Assembly (NCBI GenBank): GCA_964291405.2
Contig: OZ219926.1
Coordinates: forward strand, 2,752,001-2,816,000
Reading direction: 5' to 3'
DNA: 64,000 nucleotides
Source of the DNA: Thermodesulfobacteriota bacterium
GTDB lineage: Bacteria > Desulfobacterota > Binatia > Bin18
In this document: piece by piece, positions 59,527 through 64,000 of the stretch
How positions within the stretch are numbered: the stretch's first letter is position 1
How the letters are laid out: each line of letters begins with the position of its first letter
The notes under the pieces: generated by a model
Database searches by the model: none
Told to the model about the DNA's origin: nothing
Seen by the model: the letters and a program-made list of their open reading frames with translations, nothing else
Position numbers and translations under genes: made by a program

Positions 59527-60442
59527 CAGACCGAAATGCCGGAATGATCTCTTCCCCGATCAGACGGGTATTTTCGTCAATATAGTCGGCGGGGCAGGCC
59601 GAGGGCAGGATCACTGTTTTCGCACCGGCGTCAATATATTCCTGAAGTCGTTTCTGGCACTCTTCCGGCGTGCCGGCCAGGGCATATTTCCCTATCAGCT
59701 TGGAAAAATCTTGGGCGTACTGCTTGCCGAGCCGGTTTGCCGCCATCTCCCGGCCTTTGTCTCCGTTCGCGTGGGTCGCGGTGAAGATGAACACCCCAGG
59801 CTGAAACGACTCGACATCCCGCCCGTACTCTTTGCGCAGACTTTTGATCTTCTCAATGCTGTCGTGGAGCTGTTCGGGCGTATACATATACGGCAGCCAG
59901 CCATCCGCATATTTTGCCGTGCGTTTCATGGCCGGCTCCTTGCGGCCGGCAACCCAGATTGGCGGTCGTGGTTTCTGTACGGGCGCCGGTTCAATGCTGA
60001 CTTCATTCAGCGTGGTGTACCTTCCTTCGAAGGACACTTTCTTTTCCGTCCATAAGCGGGTGATCACTTCAAGCGCCTCATTCGTACGAGAGCCGCGCTG
60101 CTTCACCGGTACGCCGCAGGCCTCGAACTCTTTTGGAAACTCTCCACCAATGCCAACCCCAAAGTTATAGCGTCCATGTGAGGCCACATCGAGCGCCGCA
60201 CCCATTTTTGCCACCAGGGCGGCCGGATATAGCGGCAGGAGGACGATAGAGCTGAGCAGTTTAATCTTCTGGGTGGCGCCGGCCGCAACCGAGAGCGAGA
60301 TAAAGGTATTGCCCACCGGTCCGTGAAACATGACGTGTTCGCCACAACCGAGCAAATCAAAATCTAGCTGCTCTGCCCGCCGGGCAAACTCCCCAATATT
60401 GTCCATGATTGGCAAAGCCGTCCCAAATTCAATATCTCCCAT
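59522..60442 (-). CDS. LLM class flavin-dependent oxidoreductase
   Basis: CGEHVMFH, LDVASHGR, GGEFPKEFEACGV, PPIWVAG. Confidence 0.9.
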   Translation of the reverse strand: MGDIEFGTALPIMDNIGEFARRAEQLDFDLLGCGEHVMFHGPVGNTFISLSVAAGATQKIKLLSSIVLLPLYPAALVAKMGAALDVASHGRYNFGVGIGGEFPKEFEACGVPVKQRGSRTNEALEVITRLWTEKKVSFEGRYTTLNEVSIEPAPVQKPRPPIWVAGRKEPAMKRTAKYADGWLPYMYTPEQLHDSIEKIKSLRKEYGRDVESFQPGVFIFTATHANGDKGREMAANRLGKQYAQDFSKLIGKYALAGTPEECQKRLQEYIDAGAKTVILPSACPADYIDENTRLIGEEIIPAFRSG

Positions 60443-60538
60443 ACATCCTCCTACGAAATGATGTTCTCTCATAGCGGTGAACGTGGAGAGGAATCAAGCC
60501 GAGTCCGGTCCGTTCCAGGCCGAACGGAGTCTCTTGGC

Positions 60539-60877
60539 CTACTCCTCTGGCTTCTCGTCCATCCTCTGCCACGCGCCTCTCTGCCGCAGACGCTTGATAT
60601 CGTGAGCGGTCTGTTGCACCCGGATACCCATTGCGCCCAGGAGTTCAGTGCTCATATCCGCAGTAATCTGATCCTTGATGCTGCCGCTGCCGTAGGGGTC
60701 GGCGTTCATGAAGGCCTCGATTTTTTCGCGTGGTAGGCCGGTTTCGATGCAGATGTCCAGAAATTGCAGCAGGTCGATTTGCCCGCGCTGTTGGGTATAC
60801 AGCTCGTGTAAGCGTCGACAGTCTGCGCATATCCGTTTGAACCAGCCCGCGCGCTCCTGGCAGTATGCGCATTTCAT
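60539..60877 (-). CDS. hypothetical zinc-ribbon protein
   Basis: MKCAYC...CADC. Confidence 0.7.
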   Translation of the reverse strand: MKCAYCQERAGWFKRICADCRRLHELYTQQRGQIDLLQFLDICIETGLPREKIEAFMNADPYGSGSIKDQITADMSTELLGAMGIRVQQTAHDIKRLRQRGAWQRMDEKPEE

Positions 60878-60971
60878 CGCCCCGAGCTTAACGGTTCGCC
60901 CGGAGGGGAACAACGGGCGGGGCCAGACGATTTTGTGCTGGACAGTAAGAGTTGAGCGATATAAGGCTGAG

Positions 60972-60991
60972 AAGAGTAAACGTTTACTCTT
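60972..60991. repeat. collapsed palindromic element, copy 4
   Basis: Perfect palindrome AAGAGTAAACGTTTACTCTT upstream of xylE. Confidence 0.7.
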
Positions 60992-61019
60992 TGATGAACG
61001 TTCCGCAGGAGGGAGACCT

Positions 61020-61937
61020 ATGAGTGTAATGCGGCTCGGGTATGTACACGCCCGCGAATCGGACCTTGAGAAAGCGATTGACTATTACAGCAACGTCTTG
61101 GGGCTACAGGAAGTCGCCTGTCAGGACGACAAACATTATTTCAAATGCTGGGACGAGTATGACCATCACAGTCTGGTCGTTGAAAATGGTGGCCTGGGTA
61201 TGGTGAAGATGGGTTATAAAGTCGCGACTCAGGATGATCTTACCCAGATTGAGAAAGGGGCAGAGCAGTTCGGCCTGAGCGTCAGTCGGGTCTCGGCCGG
61301 TGAGAATCTGGGGATTGGACAGGCCGTCCGCTGCACGCTCCCGTCTGACCACGTATTGGAACTGTACGCCGAGGCCGAGCAGAGCGGCACCCAGGTTGGC
61401 GTGCTCAACCCTGACCCGTGGCCGAGCGACCGGTCGGCGACCGGCATCGGGCCAGACCGATTGGATCATCTGTTACTGACGGCTGAAGACGTGCAGACCA
61501 ATGTGGACTTCTTCACCCAAGTCCTCGGCTTTCGGATGAGCGAGCGGATCATTCCCGACCCGAACAACGAAGAACTCTTGGGCGCGTTTTTGTTTTGCTC
61601 GAACAAGGCGCACGATATCGCCTTTGTCAAAGGCCCGAACGGGAAGCTGCACCACTTCGCTTTCTGGCTGGATAGCTGGAATGATATTTTACGGGCCGGC
61701 GATATCCTGGGCAGGAATAATGTGAAAATCGACTTCGGTCCGGCCCGACATGGAATCACCCGCGGTACGACGATTTACTTCCTGGGCCCAAACGGCAATC
61801 GCAATGAGGTTTTCTCAGGCGGGTATATGACCTACGCCGACTTCCCGTGTATTACCTGGACCGCGGATCAGATCGGGAAAGCCATTTTCTATATTCACCG
61901 AGAGGTCAACGAGCGCTTCAACACCCACGTCACGTGA
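61020..61937 (+). CDS. xylE: catechol 2,3-dioxygenase
   Basis: MRLGYV, KCWDEYD, DHLLL, KAHDIA, LHHFAF, RHGITRG.TIYF, NRNEVF. Confidence 0.94.
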   Translation: MSVMRLGYVHARESDLEKAIDYYSNVLGLQEVACQDDKHYFKCWDEYDHHSLVVENGGLGMVKMGYKVATQDDLTQIEKGAEQFGLSVSRVSAGENLGIGQAVRCTLPSDHVLELYAEAEQSGTQVGVLNPDPWPSDRSATGIGPDRLDHLLLTAEDVQTNVDFFTQVLGFRMSERIIPDPNNEELLGAFLFCSNKAHDIAFVKGPNGKLHHFAFWLDSWNDILRAGDILGRNNVKIDFGPARHGITRGTTIYFLGPNGNRNEVFSGGYMTYADFPCITWTADQIGKAIFYIHREVNERFNTHVT

Positions 61938-61987
61938 TGACTCCTCTGCCCGCCTGATTTGCTCGGTGGATAGCCGCCCGGCCTCAC

Positions 61988-63313
61988 CTAGCCTGTCGGC
62001 TCTGCGACCGAGAGCAACGGCCGGCGAGGCCGAGCCCGCTGGGCAGCCGGCAGCTCACGCGGGATATAGCGGGTGTATAATTCATAGCGCTTGAGAATAG
62101 CATTGACATACTGCACCGCCTCACCGCCGGGGATAAAACTGGCGTTGATCTGCTGATAATACTCGGCGTCTTCCAGGAGAGGGAAAACGGACTCAACCGA
62201 GTCTTTCCAACAGTACGGGTCGTAGCCCAGGGCATGGGCGAGCCGCTGGGCCGCTCTGACTCGACTCGGGCCCAGCAGGTAGCCACTCAGAGCCAGGGCA
62301 AGACGGTCCTGGTGCCTGCCATCAGGGAACTGTTGCAGGAGAGACTGTAGATATTTGGTCCCTGCCTCAAGATTGCCGTGCAGGGTGTAAAAATCTTTCA
62401 CCCCGACCTCACGAGCCGCAACCTCCCTGACTTGCATAAGGCCATACGCGTCGCGCGGACTCCTCCGTTTTGGGTCAAAGCGCGATTCCTCAAAAATAAG
62501 AGCAGCAATAAGCCGCCAGTCAAAGCCAGCCAGCTCAGCATACTGCGCAATGAGAGGGTCGTATCGCGACAAACGGTTGGAGAATGCTGTTGATTCATCC
62601 GAACGGAGAAAACGGGTTGTTGTAAAATACTTCTCGTACAAAATTTTCTGTAGACCGGAGCGCTTCGTTTGAGCGTGATAGTCATTGATCGTGGCGAGCA
62701 GTTCCGAGTGTTCTGCTCGGACCGCCCAGCCTATCTGGGCCGGCTCCGAAAGAGGGCATACGCTTTCAGGGTGAGCGGCTGCCTCAGAAAGAACAGCGTT
62801 GGTCTGGAGCGCCTCGGGTGAACCTTGGTTCGTATTGCGAAGCAGCAGCGGCGTGTGAGGTTGGTCTGCCCGAGTAATAACCCGGACATCCGTGGCCATA
62901 TGGGCCTGAGAGTACCGAATGCGAGTGGAGGGGCCGCCATCCGGGACAACAACACCGGCGGCAATATCGCCTCTCCCTTCAACGAGCCACTGCGTGAGCG
63001 CCACACCTGGGGGTGGGGTCCGGACCTGGAGGGTGACGCCAAGCTGCCGGGCAAACTCGCGGGCCAATTCGTATTCAAACCCCTGTTCCTGACCCCGGTA
63101 GAGAAAATAGGACGCTGCATCATGGTGCATGAGCACGGTGAGTACTCCCCGTTTTTGGATATCAGCGACGGTTGGATGCAGGACGTGAAGAACCCGAACG
63201 GCAGAAGGAGCAGGTAAGATCGGCGCAGAGGGTGGAGACCAGAGCACCACGCCGCCGAGCGTACTCATCAGAACCAAGATCAGGATGCTGAAACGAAGGC
63301 TATTATGTCGCAT
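61988..63313 (-). CDS. mltF: MltF-like lytic transglycosylase (SBP domain + SLT domain)
   Basis: YFLYRG..GFEYELA, DWRLIAALIFEESRF, AYGLMQV. Confidence 0.8.
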   Translation of the reverse strand: MRHNSLRFSILILVLMSTLGGVVLWSPPSAPILPAPSAVRVLHVLHPTVADIQKRGVLTVLMHHDAASYFLYRGQEQGFEYELAREFARQLGVTLQVRTPPPGVALTQWLVEGRGDIAAGVVVPDGGPSTRIRYSQAHMATDVRVITRADQPHTPLLLRNTNQGSPEALQTNAVLSEAAAHPESVCPLSEPAQIGWAVRAEHSELLATINDYHAQTKRSGLQKILYEKYFTTTRFLRSDESTAFSNRLSRYDPLIAQYAELAGFDWRLIAALIFEESRFDPKRRSPRDAYGLMQVREVAAREVGVKDFYTLHGNLEAGTKYLQSLLQQFPDGRHQDRLALALSGYLLGPSRVRAAQRLAHALGYDPYCWKDSVESVFPLLEDAEYYQQINASFIPGGEAVQYVNAILKRYELYTRYIPRELPAAQRARPRRPLLSVAEPTG

Positions 63314-63409
63314 ACAGACAGTAGGAATATCCTTTACTCTTTTCGTTATTGTACAGCCCGCTCCTCCGGCGTGTTTGACAGTCTCAGACTTTTTACTTAC
63401 CGTGCCCGT

Positions 63410-64000
63410 GTGAACACGCGCGAAAAAATTCTCGACGTTGCCGGACGGCTGTTCGCCACGCAGGGGTATGCCGATACCTCATTGGCACAAGTGGCCCGGT
63501 CTGCGGAAGTGAGTAAGGCCCTCATTCTGTGGCATTTCAATAGCAAGAATGACCTCTTTCGTACGGCCTTACAGAACTTCCTGTCCCCGTACGCTATCGA
63601 CGCGACCGGCCTGCGTGGGCTGAGTGAACGGGAACAATTTGAGAAACTCATTGATGACTATTATACCTTTATCACTGACCACTTACCATCAGTAAAATTT
63701 GTCCTGGGCCAAGTCGTCCGTGAGGAAGAGAACGCTAAAGAGGTCATTGACCATGTCAGCGACCTCTACCACGTGTATCAGCAGTTGTTGACTTCCATTC
63801 TGAATCAGGGCCGAAAGACGCGCGTATTCCTGCCTGACATTCAGTCGGCGGAAGAGGCGGCCTTGATTATGGCAACCCTGACCGGATTACTGGTCCAGCG
63901 GCTCGTTGACGCCAACAGTGGCGTCGATGCACCCCGGTTGCTGGCTCGCTTCAAGGAGACGCTCCGGAGCCGACTCTATATGACCGAGGCGGCTTCTCCT
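63410..64000 (+). CDS. TetR/AcrR family regulator (runs off window)
   Basis: Manual translation: VNTREKILDVAGRLFATQGYADTSLAQVARSAEVSKALILWHFNSKNDLF. Confidence 0.9.
   Translation, partial: MNTREKILDVAGRLFATQGYADTSLAQVARSAEVSKALILWHFNSKNDLFRTALQNFLSPYAIDATGLRGLSEREQFEKLIDDYYTFITDHLPSVKFVLGQVVREEENAKEVIDHVSDLYHVYQQLLTSILNQGRKTRVFLPDIQSAEEAALIMATLTGLLVQRLVDANSGVDAPRLLARFKETLRSRLYMTEAASP

Overview
GC-rich bacterial chromosome segment. The gene content (many LLM/F420-type oxidoreductases, a divergent copper membrane monooxygenase, DMFase-like amidohydrolase, palindromic repeats) suggests a Binatia/Desulfobacterota_B-like organism, possibly a sponge symbiont; this is an inference. Left arm: housekeeping genes (fabF, phnA, site-2 protease, trpS, scpAB, rluB, tRNA-fMet). 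10.6-22.1 kb: a WYL regulator and a complete type I-F CRISPR-Cas locus with a 26-repeat array. The I-F genes are bracketed by relics of a different CRISPR system (a truncated Cmx6-type cas6 and an orphan 37-nt repeat), and a solitary I-F repeat with compensatory stem changes sits in the cas3-csy1 intergenic region. 22-39 kb: catabolic genes (dmfA1A2-like, four LLM enzymes, acyl-CoA dehydrogenase, enoyl-CoA hydratase, FprA). 40-48 kb: a PD-(D/E)XK-like gene and a TIR gene, a divergent pmoCAB/xmoCAB operon, and a GCS2-CBS ligase coupled to an M14 peptidase. Right arm: decayed toxin-antitoxin modules, an RND efflux operon, a HEPN pseudogene, hflKC, catechol 2,3-dioxygenase, an mltF-like gene and a TetR gene. 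All calls come from motif recognition by eye; no database searches were run.
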